64,000 nucleotides of DNA from an uncultured Pelagibacteraceae bacterium (GCA_902596515.1 CACJUF010000002.1:20100-84099), one strand, 5' to 3'; numbered from the stretch's first letter, positions 49,917 through 60,376 are shown. Notes: a model not told the origin generated them from the sequence alone. A program made the numbers and translations.

Positions 49917-51020
49917 TTATAAAACGTAAGGTTCCGGTCTTGCTTTTGCACCTAATACTCTCTCTACTGCCATATTTGAAATATCAATCGATTGATAAGA
50001 GCCTGTTGTAATTAGTTCTGTTAAAGCTCTTCCAATTCCTGGTGCTTGCATTAATCCTCTTCCAGTAAATCCAGTTGCTAAGTATACGTTTTCAAATTTA
50101 GGATGTTTTCCTACAACGGCATTATTATCTAATCTATTACAATCATAATAACCTGCCCAACCACCCGTTAACTTTAATTCTTCAAACGCAGGAATTCTTT
50201 TAGCTAAAGCAGGCCAAACCAATTCTTCAAAATCATTCCAGGCTGGTTCAAGATCTGTAGCATCAAAAACTGATTTTGGTGAACCAGCTAAATACTCTTT
50301 ACCCTCAGGTCTCCAATAAACTCCTGTTGTTAAATCTCCAGTTAATGGCATTTCAGGAATATGTTTTGGACACTTAATTCTAAAGACTGTGTGTTTTTGA
50401 GGCTCAACTGGAATATCTTCCAATAATTCTTTTGTCCAACATCCAGCGGCAGAAACTATCGTTTTAGCATTTATTTCCGATAAAGACTTAACTTCACCTT
50501 TAACAAATTCTGCACCTTGCTCTATCGCTTTACTTTTTAATGCTGTGTGAAAAAGGAAAGGATCAATCCATCCTTCACTTTTATTGTCAGTAAATGTAGC
50601 CGTTTCTATTCCTTCTTTGTTTATGTAAGGAAAAAACTTGTCTAACTCGGAACCTTTGATGTTCTTTGTTCCAGCGTCACATGCTTTATGATTTTCAAGA
50701 GCCCTATATTGTTCGTCTGCATGCTCTGGGCCAAACATTAATAGATATCCATTTGGTACCATGCTTGCAGTAGGATTAGGATTTTTTTTTGTTTTCAGCA
50801 ACTCTGGTATTTGAAAAATAAATTCTCTTGCAAATTTACCTAATAAAATATTTTCCGTTTGAAAAAATTGTCTTCTAAAACCGCCAAGAGATAACGGAAA
50901 GGAAGCTGATTTATAAGTTGGGTCTCTTTCAATTACTTTAACTTTTCTTCCCTCTTTAGATAGGAAATAAGCTGTTGCTGCACCAATTATTCCCCCACCA
51001 ACTATTACAACATCATCCAT
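49917..51020 (-). CDS. FAD-dependent oxidoreductase, DAO family, FOXRED1-like
   Basis: VVIVGGGIIG, IERDPTY..AS..LS.GGFR.QF...EN, WAGYYD.N..D.N..VG.HP, GF.G.GLMQAPGIG. Confidence 0.85.
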   Translation of the reverse strand: MDDVVIVGGGIIGAATAYFLSKEGRKVKVIERDPTYKSASFPLSLGGFRRQFFQTENILLGKFAREFIFQIPELLKTKKNPNPTASMVPNGYLLMFGPEHADEQYRALENHKACDAGTKNIKGSELDKFFPYINKEGIETATFTDNKSEGWIDPFLFHTALKSKAIEQGAEFVKGEVKSLSEINAKTIVSAAGCWTKELLEDIPVEPQKHTVFRIKCPKHIPEMPLTGDLTTGVYWRPEGKEYLAGSPKSVFDATDLEPAWNDFEELVWPALAKRIPAFEELKLTGGWAGYYDCNRLDNNAVVGKHPKFENVYLATGFTGRGLMQAPGIGRALTELITTGSYQSIDISNMAVERVLGAKARPEPYVL

Positions 51021-51503
51021 TTAATTTAGCACCATTAAGTTATAGTTTAGAAATAAAGCATAGAAACACCAAAGTAAATATGGAATCATTAAGTAATAAC
51101 TTACAAAATTGACACGTTTAAATCTAATAATCAAAATTATTATCAAAATTATCAAAATCACAAGAACAACTAATGCAAAAAATATTTTATGTAGTCCAAA
51201 AAAAACAATACTCCAAGTTGCATTAAAAACTATATGTATAAAATAAATATAAATTGTATTTGCATCTCTTTTTTTACTATGCCAAAAAAACCAAATAGCT
51301 AATGTCATCATTATGTAAAGTGTTGTCCAAACAGGTGCAAATATCCAATCTGGTGGATTATAATTCGATTTCACAAGACTAGAATACCAGGGCTCTTTGA
51401 AGCTAATTGAGACTAAACCTCCAGTAAATGATGCAGAAAAAGTGACAATTAAAAAAAGAATTAATGAATAAAATTTATTTTTTAGCATATTAGTATTATA
51501 CAT
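51021..51503 (-). CDS. tspO: TspO/MBR sensory protein; likelier start ATG at 51488
   Basis: WY..L.KS.YNPP.W.F.PVWT.LY, N..WS.VFF, PYL.W..YA..LN. Confidence 0.93.
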   Translation of the reverse strand: MYNTNMLKNKFYSLILFLIVTFSASFTGGLVSISFKEPWYSSLVKSNYNPPDWIFAPVWTTLYIMMTLAIWFFWHSKKRDANTIYIYFIHIVFNATWSIVFFGLHKIFFALVVLVILIILIIILIIRFKRVNFVSYYLMIPYLLWCFYALFLNYNLMVLN

Positions 51504-51512
51504 CTTTATAAT

Positions 51513-52274
51513 ATGAATAAAAAAACTATTTGGATCACAGGTGGTAGCACAGGAATTGGTAAAGCTTTAGCAATAAAATTTGCCAAAGAAGGTTGGAATG
51601 TTGCAATATCTGCTAGACGTGAAAATTTACTAAAAGAAACTTGTGGAGAACATGAAAATATTAGTTCTTTTCCATTAGACGTAACCGATAAGAATAAATG
51701 TAAAGAAGTTTTTCAAAATATATTAGATACTTTTCAGAATGTAGATATTTGTTTTTTCTCAACTGGTACATGGGATCCCAAGAAAGAAAAAGATATTGAT
51801 GTTGAGCAAATTGAAAATGTATTTAAAGTAAATTTTTTTGGAACATTAAATAGTATAAAAGCTGCAGAGAAATATTTTAAAGATAGAAAAAGTGGGACAA
51901 TAACTATAGTCTCCTCTATTGCTGGTTACCGAGGATTACCTAATTCAACTGGATATGGGCCATCAAAATCAGCTTTAAATAATTTAGCTGAAAGTTTATA
52001 TTTTGATTTTGGTAGATCGAACGTTCGGGTGTGTCTTGTTTCACCAGGTTTTATTAAAACACCAATGACTGATAAAAATGATTTTAAAATGCCTTTCTTA
52101 AAAACTTCTGAATATGCTGCAGAAAAAATTTATGATGGTTTAGTAAACAAAAATTCTTTTGAAATTCATTTTCCTAAGTCTTTGACAACTATATTGAAAA
52201 TATTGAGTTTCTTACCAAACAAAATTTATTTTGGCTTAATTGGGAAACTTACAAAATATCAAAAAAAAAATTAA
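51513..52274 (+). CDS. Short-chain dehydrogenase/reductase
   Basis: WITGGSTGIG, SSIAGYRGLP, YGPSK, PGFIKTPMT..N.F.MPF. Confidence 0.92.
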   Translation: MNKKTIWITGGSTGIGKALAIKFAKEGWNVAISARRENLLKETCGEHENISSFPLDVTDKNKCKEVFQNILDTFQNVDICFFSTGTWDPKKEKDIDVEQIENVFKVNFFGTLNSIKAAEKYFKDRKSGTITIVSSIAGYRGLPNSTGYGPSKSALNNLAESLYFDFGRSNVRVCLVSPGFIKTPMTDKNDFKMPFLKTSEYAAEKIYDGLVNKNSFEIHFPKSLTTILKILSFLPNKIYFGLIGKLTKYQKKN

Positions 52275-52819
52275 TCTTTTACAAAAACAACAGTTAATTC
52301 AGCGACTTTGAAACCAAACTTAGTCATAGTAGCCCTGTTAATTGCTACACGTTCATCTTGTTTAAAAATCCAATCATCAAAAGTAATTTTCATTTCTTTA
52401 CCTTTGACTGGGACTAACAAAACATATTCAAATTTAAAAGCTGGACCATACGAATATCCTTTAGCTTTACCAACAACATCTCCTGCCGTTCCCTCATAAT
52501 TATTTTCATCAATTTTAGTGATCTGCCATTGTCTGGTTTGAATTTCCCCATCATCCCAGTTAAATTTTTCGTCGAGTATTAGTTGTTTACCATCCCATTT
52601 TCCGTTTAAATCTGCAGAAAATTGTCTTGTGACTTTTCCAGATCTATTTTGAAGCACACCCCAAGCTTTTACATTGCCGGACAAATAATTTTCAATAATC
52701 AATCTAGGTTCTTTATTTTTAAAATCTTCGGGTTTCATAGCGCTATTTTTTGAACAGTTTGTAATTAAGAAAAGAAAAATTATCAATAAAATTGATTTGC
52801 TATTTTTAAGTTGAATCAT
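52271..52819 (-). CDS. DUF3833-family lipoprotein
   Basis: Lipobox-like ITNC; YLSG..KAWG, LDE.F...DG....R.W, FDDW.F. Confidence 0.85.
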   Translation of the reverse strand: MIQLKNSKSILLIIFLFLITNCSKNSAMKPEDFKNKEPRLIIENYLSGNVKAWGVLQNRSGKVTRQFSADLNGKWDGKQLILDEKFNWDDGEIQTRQWQITKIDENNYEGTAGDVVGKAKGYSYGPAFKFEYVLLVPVKGKEMKITFDDWIFKQDERVAINRATMTKFGFKVAELTVVFVKD

Positions 52820-52835
52820 TCGTTTCCTTTAAAGA

Positions 52836-54014
52836 TCATTTATTTTGAAGTGAAAATTGAATTAAATCTATATTTTTCGATTTAAAACCTGCCTCACAAT
52901 AAGAAAGGTAAAATTCCCACATTCTTTTAAAAGTTAAATCAAATCCTTGTTTCTTAATTAAATCCCACTTCTTATTAAATTCATTTCTCCATATTGCTAA
53001 TGTATCAGAATAATGATCTGCATAGGAGTCATATGACTTGATAGCTAGACCATTTTCCGAAACATATTTATTAATAATATTTTTACTTGGTAAAAAACCT
53101 CCAGGAAAAATATATTTTTGGATAAAGTCTGTCTTGTTTTTATATCGGTCAAACATATTATCATCTATTGTAATAGCCTGAATAGCAGCTCTTCCATCAT
53201 CTGATAGATGATCTTTAATAGTTTTAAAATAACTCTCTAGGTAATTTTGTCCAACAGCTTCTATCATTTCTATTGAAGCTATTGAATTATATTTATTTTT
53301 TAAATCTCTATAATCTTTAATTTCAATATTTACTTTTTCGTTTAAGCCACATTCGTGAATTCTTTTTTTTGCATATTCAAATTGTTTTTTAGATAAAGTA
53401 ATGCAATCTAATTTTACATCATATTTTTTTCCTAAATATTCAGCAAAACCACCCCAACCACATCCAATCTCTAAAATTTTGTCGCCATCATTTGGTTTTA
53501 TTAAATCGATTAATTTTTGATATTTATTATTTTGTGCATTAGACAAATCTTTATTTCTCTCATCAAATATTGCACTTGAATATGTTAAGGTTTTATCAAG
53601 CCATAGTGCAAAAAACTCATTGCCTAAGTCGTAATGTTTTGAAATATTATCTTTACTTCGACCTCTTGTGTTTTTAATAAATATATTTTTTACGTAATTG
53701 ATTATTGGAAAGTCTAATAGACCTGAAAATTTGTAAATTATTTTAATATTTCTTGCAGTGATTTCTATCAAATTTGAAAGATTATCAGTTTCAAATTCAT
53801 CCCTCATATAACATTCTGCAAAACCAACACTTCCTCCTCTTATTAAGTTGAAAGTAAAATTTGGTTTTTTTATCTTTAAAACTGATTTTAAAGGACTATT
53901 AGGGTTTCCAAATTTTAATAATTCACCATTATATTTTGTGATCTCTAAATACCCGTGCTCAATATCTCTTAAAATTTTAAAGACGATTTGATCTGAAAAG
54001 TTATATAAGCCCAT
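52836..54014 (-). CDS. cfa: Cyclopropane fatty acid synthase-family methyltransferase (UfaM-like)
   Basis: HYDLGNEFF..WLD..LTYSSA, LEIGCGWGG, YIFPGG, RMWEFYL.YCEAGF. Confidence 0.93.
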   Translation of the reverse strand: MGLYNFSDQIVFKILRDIEHGYLEITKYNGELLKFGNPNSPLKSVLKIKKPNFTFNLIRGGSVGFAECYMRDEFETDNLSNLIEITARNIKIIYKFSGLLDFPIINYVKNIFIKNTRGRSKDNISKHYDLGNEFFALWLDKTLTYSSAIFDERNKDLSNAQNNKYQKLIDLIKPNDGDKILEIGCGWGGFAEYLGKKYDVKLDCITLSKKQFEYAKKRIHECGLNEKVNIEIKDYRDLKNKYNSIASIEMIEAVGQNYLESYFKTIKDHLSDDGRAAIQAITIDDNMFDRYKNKTDFIQKYIFPGGFLPSKNIINKYVSENGLAIKSYDSYADHYSDTLAIWRNEFNKKWDLIKKQGFDLTFKRMWEFYLSYCEAGFKSKNIDLIQFSLQNK

Positions 54015-54775
54015 TAATTCTCAAAAGTAATATTATTTTTAATTTTAAGTTTTTTTTTTACAAATTTTATTCCTTTCAGCCATAATTTAAAGGCTTCAAA
54101 ATGTATCGCCGATATAATTTTAAATGTCATTAAAGGATGTTTTATGTATGATTTAAGTAGTTCTATGGTTGTAAAATCTACCCTTTTTCCTTCTTGTGAT
54201 GCAAATAAGATTTTTTCATTTTGCTGATATTGATCAATTATGACTGAAATCTTTTCAGAGGGTTTTAAGATTCTAAAAAAATAATTACAATTCATTTCAA
54301 TAAACGGAGACACATGAAATTTTTTGAAACAGTTGTGTTGTAACATGTTATTTTTCTCTACTCTAAAAATATAAGTATGTTGTTCTCCAAAAGTATTTTT
54401 TACCTCATATAATATTGAAATTAAATTTTCATTATGATCATAAACAAAGAAAACACTAAGAGGATTAAACACATAACCAAAAATTCTTGGATAGCACAAA
54501 AGCTTTATTCTTATATCTTTTGAAAAGATATTATTTTCCTCTAAATTTTTTTTCACCCATTCAGTCAAAGATGAGCCATCTCTTTGACCATGATCTTTGT
54601 CAAAAAAACTAATTAGATTAAACCGATTATATGAGAAAAAACTTATATTTTTATTCAGATTATTTAGATCAGATAAATCAATTAATAATGAAAATACACT
54701 GTACTTAAAATAATGTTTTTTTGGTTTAAATCTTTTGTGTATTACCGTTCCATTGTAAATTGAGCTAGTCATCAA
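54014..54775 (-). CDS. DUF1365-family protein (UfaO-like)
   Basis: V.HKR..PK.H.F.Y, PRIFGYVFNPLS, EVKNTFGE.H.Y, KKFHVSPF. Confidence 0.92.
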   Translation of the reverse strand: MMTSSIYNGTVIHKRFKPKKHYFKYSVFSLLIDLSDLNNLNKNISFFSYNRFNLISFFDKDHGQRDGSSLTEWVKKNLEENNIFSKDIRIKLLCYPRIFGYVFNPLSVFFVYDHNENLISILYEVKNTFGEQHTYIFRVEKNNMLQHNCFKKFHVSPFIEMNCNYFFRILKPSEKISVIIDQYQQNEKILFASQEGKRVDFTTIELLKSYIKHPLMTFKIISAIHFEAFKLWLKGIKFVKKKLKIKNNITFEN

Positions 54776-56006
54776 GGTTTTTTAGCATTTCAATTGATGA
54801 TTTTATTCCATCTTCATGAAAACCGTAACCAAAATAACTACCACAAAAAAGAATATTTCTTTTATTTTGCAAATTTTTAAGCTTACTTTGATAATCTAAA
54901 GCAGATTGATCAAAATATGGGTGAGTGAATTTAACTCTTTTCAAAATTTTTGTTTCATCAATATTGAGGTATGGATTTAGTGTAAGAAATATATTTTTCT
55001 CACATTCTAAATTTTGAAGTAAATTTAACCAATAAGTGATTGAATTTTTTTCAATTTCATTTTTCTTCATAGAAGAGTTCCAAGCACACCAGGCATTCTT
55101 GTTTTTTGGCATAACTGTCTCATCTGTGTGTATGTAAGCCAAATTTTCTTTATAACTGAAATTTGACAAAACTTCTTTCTCTTGATCAGTTGGATTTTCA
55201 ATCATTGATAATGCTTCGTCCGCATGTGTTGCAATAATTACTTTGTCGTAATCAAAAAATTCATTTTTTCCACCATAATACAAATCAATACCATTTGATT
55301 TACTAATGATTTTATTGACTTTATAATTCTTAAAATATTCTCCACTGATTTTTGATAGAATAGTTTTTACATATGCCCTACTTCTATTTGATACTGTGTA
55401 CCATTGTGGTCTATTTCTAAGTTTAAATAATCCATGATTTTGAAAAAATTTTAAAAAGAATTTTAAAGGCATCTTATTTGCAGCATATGGTGGCATCGAC
55501 CAGATTGCTGACACCATGGGTATTAAATGATAATTGATAAATTCTTTTGAAAGATTGTTTTTAATCAAATAATCACCCAATGTGATTTTCTCATTTAAAT
55601 TATCAAGTTTATCAGATTTTTTATAAAATTTTATAATGTCAAAAAACATTTTTAGAAATTTAATATTAAATAAATTTACCTTATTGGAAAAAATTCCACT
55701 TAATCCTTTTCCACAGTATTCAAAGTTTGAGTCTTGTACTGATACAGAAAAAGACATGTTGCTTTTTTCAATTTCAATTTTATTTTCATTAAAAAAATTA
55801 ATTAAATTTGGGTAAGTTTCAAAGTTAAACACTATAAAGCCTATATCCACTGAAACTTTTTTAGTCCCAATCATAAGGTCAATTGTATGCGAATGACCAC
55901 CAAAGTGATCTTCTTTTTCAAATAGATCTACGTGATTCTTTTTTGAAAGATAATAAGCAGCACTTAATCCTGAAATGCCTGAACCAACTACAGCAATTTT
56001 CATCAA
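54765..56006 (-). CDS. FAD-dependent oxidoreductase COG2907 (UfaD-like fatty acyl desaturase)
   Basis: IAVVGSGISGL, FGGHSHT, VDIGFIVFN..TYPN, CGSYFGYGFHEDG. Confidence 0.9.
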   Translation of the reverse strand: MMKIAVVGSGISGLSAAYYLSKKNHVDLFEKEDHFGGHSHTIDLMIGTKKVSVDIGFIVFNFETYPNLINFFNENKIEIEKSNMSFSVSVQDSNFEYCGKGLSGIFSNKVNLFNIKFLKMFFDIIKFYKKSDKLDNLNEKITLGDYLIKNNLSKEFINYHLIPMVSAIWSMPPYAANKMPLKFFLKFFQNHGLFKLRNRPQWYTVSNRSRAYVKTILSKISGEYFKNYKVNKIISKSNGIDLYYGGKNEFFDYDKVIIATHADEALSMIENPTDQEKEVLSNFSYKENLAYIHTDETVMPKNKNAWCAWNSSMKKNEIEKNSITYWLNLLQNLECEKNIFLTLNPYLNIDETKILKRVKFTHPYFDQSALDYQSKLKNLQNKRNILFCGSYFGYGFHEDGIKSSIEMLKNLDD

Positions 56007-56009
56007 TAA

Positions 56010-58880
56010 TTATGCTGCATCTTCTTTAAATTCATCCATGCTAGGACATGTACAGAAAATATTTTTATCACCATAGACATTGTCTACTCTTGCAACTGGT
56101 GGCCAAAATTTATTTACTTTTAAAAATTTTGCTGGATAAGCGGCCTCTTCTCTAGAATACTTGTGTGTCCAATTATCTGAAGCTAACTCAGTATCAGTAT
56201 GAGGAGCGTTTTTAATTGGATTATCAACTTTATCAAATTTACCAGTTTTAATTAGATCAATTTCTTGTTTAATTTTAATTAAGGTGTCACAAAACCTATC
56301 TAGCTCTGACAAGGTCTCACTTTCTGTAGGTTCAATCATCATTGTTCCAGCCACAGGCCAAGACATTGTTGGTGCATGGAAACCAAAATCAATTAATCTT
56401 TTTGCGATATCTTCCTCAGTGATACCCGTTTCTGATTTGATTGACCTAATATCAATTATACATTCGTGAGCAACATTACCATTTGAACCTTTGTATAAGA
56501 TTGGATAGTAATCTTTCAGTCTTTCAGCAATATAATTTGCATTTAGTATCGCAACTTTAGAAGCTAGTTTTAATCCCTCTGATCCCATCATTTTTATATA
56601 CATCCAAGAAATTGACAAAATACTTGAGCTTCCCCATGGAGCAGCAGACACAGCTCCAATTCCCGTTGCTGGACCACAATCTTTCACAACTGGATGATTA
56701 GGCAAATAAACTTGTAGATGTTTTTTACATGCAATAGGTCCCATACCTGGTCCACCCCCACCATGAGGGATACAAAATGTTTTATGTAAATTTATATGAC
56801 AAACATCCGGACCAAAATTTCCAGGTTTAGCGATACCAACTAATGCATTCAAGTTTGCCCCGTCCATATAGACTTGCCCACCATGTTTATGAATTAGTTC
56901 ACATATATCCATAATTTTTTCTTCAAATACTCCATGAGTAGATGGATATGTGACCATCAAGGCTCCTAAATTTTCTGAATGAAGCTCTGCTTTTTTCTTT
57001 AAATCATAAAAATCAACATTACCTTCTTTATCACAATTAACTACAACCACTTTCATTCCAACCATTTGTGCACTAGCAGGATTGGTTCCGTGTGCAGAGC
57101 TTGGTATTAAACATATGTTTCTATTTTTTTCACCTCTATCTAAATGATATTTTCTAATTACCATTAGTCCTGCATATTCGCCTTGGGCACCTGCATTTGG
57201 TTGAAGTGAAACTCCCGAAAAACCAGTAATTGATCTTAACCAGTTTTTTAAATCTGTGAATAATGTTCTATATCCCTCCATCTGCTCAATAGGTACAAAT
57301 GGATGGGGCTCAGCTAATTCTCTCCAGGAGATAGGTATCATTTCTGCAGTGGCATTTAATTTCATAGTGCAAGAGCCTAATGCTATCATGGTTCTGTTAA
57401 GAGCTATATCCTTATCCTCTAACTTTTTAAGGTATCTGAGCATTTCTGTCTCAGAACGATATGAGTTAAAAACAGGATGTTCTAAATATTTAGAGGTTCT
57501 CAGTAAACTTTTTGGTAAATTGGGTAAACTTACTGTTGGATCTTCTTTTTTTATGGATTCTGCTGCATTAAAAATTTTTAATAGTTGATTTACTCTATAT
57601 ACATTTTTCTTCTCATCAAAAGAAACAGCAAGCATCTCAGAGTTTACTTTTCGAATATTAACTTTTTGATTTAAAGCATTTTTATAAATTTGATCAGTCT
57701 TTTCTTTGGTAATAATTGTAACAGTATCAAAAAAGTAATCAGAATATATTTCATATCCAGATTGTTTTATTTTATCAGCGAAATTTTTTGCTAATTGAGA
57801 AACTCTTTCAGAAATTTTCTTAATTCCATCTGGACCATGATAAATAGCATAGGCTGCTGATACTATAGCTAACAATGCTTGAGCGGTACAAATATTACTT
57901 GTAGCTTTGTCTCTTCTGATATGCTGCTCTCTAGTCTGTAGTGACAATCTATAAGCCTTGTTTCCATGCCTATCTACTGAAACGCCAACTATTCTACCTG
58001 GCATAGATCTTTTGTATTCATCTTTTGTTGCAAAAAATGCAGCATGTGGTCCTCCATAACCCATTGGAATGCCAAATCTTTGTGAACTACCAACTGCAAT
58101 ATCAGCGCCAAGTTCTCTCGGTGTTTTAAGCTTTGCAAGCGCAAGAAGATCGCAAGCTAAAATAGCTTTACCATTTTTTTTATGAATTTTACTTATTGCC
58201 TCGCTTGGATCTTTAATATCTCCCAAGGTTCCAGGATACTGTAATATTCCACAAACTATATCCTCTTTTAATTGTTCTAAAACTTTATCTTCATTTCCAA
58301 CAAGAACTTTGAGACCCATAGGCTCTGCTCTAGTTCTTATAACCTCAACAGTTTGGGGGTGACAATTTTCTGAGACAAAAACCAAATTACTATCAGTTTT
58401 ATCAAGTCTATAACTTAAACCCATAGCTTCTGCTGCCGCTGTACCTTCATCGAGTAAAGATGCATTTGCAATATCCATTCCTGTAAAATCAACAATCATT
58501 TGTTGAAAGTTTAAAAGCATCTCCAGTCTTCCTTGAGCCACTTCTGGTTGATAAGGCGTATAAGATGTGTACCAGCCTGGATTTTCCAATATATTTCTTA
58601 AAATTACGTAAGGTGTGTATGTACCGTAATAGCCCATGCCAATAAAATTTGAGTAAATTTCATTTTTTTTAGAAATTGCTTTTAATTTTCTTAATGCTTC
58701 GTACTCTGAATTAGACTCGCCAATATTAAGTTCACCCTTAAACTGTATTTTTTCTGGAACAGTATTATTAATTAAATCATCTAATGATTTATAATTTAAT
58801 TTTTTTAACATTTTAAATTGATCATCTTCAGATGGACCAATATGTCTTTTTATAAAATCTTTTTCAGAATTATGTAACAT
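56010..58880 (-). CDS. gcvP: Glycine dehydrogenase (decarboxylating), P protein
   Basis: FIKRHIGP, YTPYQPEVAQGRLE, REQHIRRDKATSNICT, LGSCTMKLN, HINLHKTF, GFHAPT. Confidence 0.99.
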   Translation of the reverse strand: MLHNSEKDFIKRHIGPSEDDQFKMLKKLNYKSLDDLINNTVPEKIQFKGELNIGESNSEYEALRKLKAISKKNEIYSNFIGMGYYGTYTPYVILRNILENPGWYTSYTPYQPEVAQGRLEMLLNFQQMIVDFTGMDIANASLLDEGTAAAEAMGLSYRLDKTDSNLVFVSENCHPQTVEVIRTRAEPMGLKVLVGNEDKVLEQLKEDIVCGILQYPGTLGDIKDPSEAISKIHKKNGKAILACDLLALAKLKTPRELGADIAVGSSQRFGIPMGYGGPHAAFFATKDEYKRSMPGRIVGVSVDRHGNKAYRLSLQTREQHIRRDKATSNICTAQALLAIVSAAYAIYHGPDGIKKISERVSQLAKNFADKIKQSGYEIYSDYFFDTVTIITKEKTDQIYKNALNQKVNIRKVNSEMLAVSFDEKKNVYRVNQLLKIFNAAESIKKEDPTVSLPNLPKSLLRTSKYLEHPVFNSYRSETEMLRYLKKLEDKDIALNRTMIALGSCTMKLNATAEMIPISWRELAEPHPFVPIEQMEGYRTLFTDLKNWLRSITGFSGVSLQPNAGAQGEYAGLMVIRKYHLDRGEKNRNICLIPSSAHGTNPASAQMVGMKVVVVNCDKEGNVDFYDLKKKAELHSENLGALMVTYPSTHGVFEEKIMDICELIHKHGGQVYMDGANLNALVGIAKPGNFGPDVCHINLHKTFCIPHGGGGPGMGPIACKKHLQVYLPNHPVVKDCGPATGIGAVSAAPWGSSSILSISWMYIKMMGSEGLKLASKVAILNANYIAERLKDYYPILYKGSNGNVAHECIIDIRSIKSETGITEEDIAKRLIDFGFHAPTMSWPVAGTMMIEPTESETLSELDRFCDTLIKIKQEIDLIKTGKFDKVDNPIKNAPHTDTELASDNWTHKYSREEAAYPAKFLKVNKFWPPVARVDNVYGDKNIFCTCPSMDEFKEDAA

Positions 58881-59260
58881 TAGGTATTATTCTCCTTTGC
58901 AAATTTATCATAGTCATCTTTGTTCATTAAAGAGTCCATTTCAGATTTATCTTTTATTTTTAATTTGAAGAACCAAGCAGAATTTTCAGGGTCTTGATTT
59001 ATTTTGGATGGATCATCTACAATTTCTTGATTTGTATCTACAACCTCACCACTCACTGGAGTATAAACATCACTAGCAGCTTTAGTGGACTCTACAACTC
59101 CTGCTGTACCATCTTTTTCAACATTAGAACCTTTTTCCGGTAGCTCTGCAAACACAATATCTCCTAGCATCTCTGTTGCATGCTTTGTAATGCCGATTGT
59201 TGCAACATCACCCTCTAATTTTATCCATTCATGCTCTTTAGAATATTTCACTTCACTCAT
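58880..59260 (-). CDS. gcvH: Glycine cleavage H protein
   Basis: [27 protein letters not shown] (lipoyl Lys). Confidence 0.98.
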   Translation of the reverse strand: MSEVKYSKEHEWIKLEGDVATIGITKHATEMLGDIVFAELPEKGSNVEKDGTAGVVESTKAASDVYTPVSGEVVDTNQEIVDDPSKINQDPENSAWFFKLKIKDKSEMDSLMNKDDYDKFAKENNT

Positions 59261-60363
59261 TGATTTACTCCTTTTACGTAACTTTTTTTATAAAATGGTA
59301 AACTGCAAATGTTTGCTGCATATTTTTTACCTCTAACCTCTAAAAATACTTTAGTATTTTTTTTTGAAAATTCATTTTCTACATAGCCCATAGCTACAGG
59401 TCCATTTACACTTGGCCCAAATGTACCACTAGTAATTTCTCCAATATGGACATTTGACTGGTTGAATATTTTTGTTTTTTCTCTGGCAATTATTCTTCCC
59501 TCAGGTTTAATCCCAACTCTTATTTTGGTGACACCATCATTTAATTGTTTAATAATTATGTCCGAACCAATAAAGTCACCTTTGGAAATTCTTTCTTTTG
59601 AAATTGCCCATTTCAAATTCGCCTCAACTGGAGTTTTATCTTTATCAAGGTCATGACCATACAAGCATAAGCCAGCTTCTAATCTTAGAGTATCTCTTGC
59701 TCCTAAGCCTGCCAATTTAGATCCTTTATTAATTAATTCTCTGGTCAATTTTTCTGCAAAGTTATTTGGAATTGATATTTCAAAACCATCTTCACCTGTA
59801 TACCCAGATCGAGTAATGTATACTTTCTGATTATCAAATAAGAACCAGTTTCCAGACATAAAATTCAAATCTTTTACCCCATCAACAACTTCATTTAAGA
59901 TTTGTGATGATTTAGGTCCCTGAATTGCTATTAAAGATCTATTTTCATCCAAAAACATTTTGTACTTTTCTTTTAAAAGTTCCTTTAAAATTTTAAAATC
60001 ATTGTCTTTACAAGCTGCATTAAGAATTATTAAAAAACCTTCATCAATTTTTGTGATGATTAAATCATCTTGTATCCCAGCATCTTTATCCATTAAAAAG
60101 CTGTACTTAGAGTGATTTAATTTCAAATTTTTCAAATCTAATGGAAAAATTTTTTCTAAATCTTTAATTAATTCTTCACCACCATAAATAAATAATTGAC
60201 CCATATGTGAAACATCAAAAATACCAGAGTGATTTCTTGTGAATTTATGCTCCTCTACAATGCCTTCAGAATATTGGATTGGCATATGATAACCTGCAAA
60301 TTCAACAAACTTTGCGTTACAATCTTGATGTAATTGGTAAAGCGATGTTTTTTTTGTTTCCAT
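59257..60363 (-). CDS. gcvT: Glycine cleavage T protein
   Basis: [43 protein letters not shown]. Confidence 0.98.
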   Translation of the reverse strand: METKKTSLYQLHQDCNAKFVEFAGYHMPIQYSEGIVEEHKFTRNHSGIFDVSHMGQLFIYGGEELIKDLEKIFPLDLKNLKLNHSKYSFLMDKDAGIQDDLIITKIDEGFLIILNAACKDNDFKILKELLKEKYKMFLDENRSLIAIQGPKSSQILNEVVDGVKDLNFMSGNWFLFDNQKVYITRSGYTGEDGFEISIPNNFAEKLTRELINKGSKLAGLGARDTLRLEAGLCLYGHDLDKDKTPVEANLKWAISKERISKGDFIGSDIIIKQLNDGVTKIRVGIKPEGRIIAREKTKIFNQSNVHIGEITSGTFGPSVNGPVAMGYVENEFSKKNTKVFLEVRGKKYAANICSLPFYKKSYVKGVNQ

Positions 60364-60376
60364 ATTAACTCATTAT

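Noticed and set aside
60365-60373. ATG-AGT-TAA mini-ORF just before gcvT
   Set aside because: Too short to distinguish from chance.
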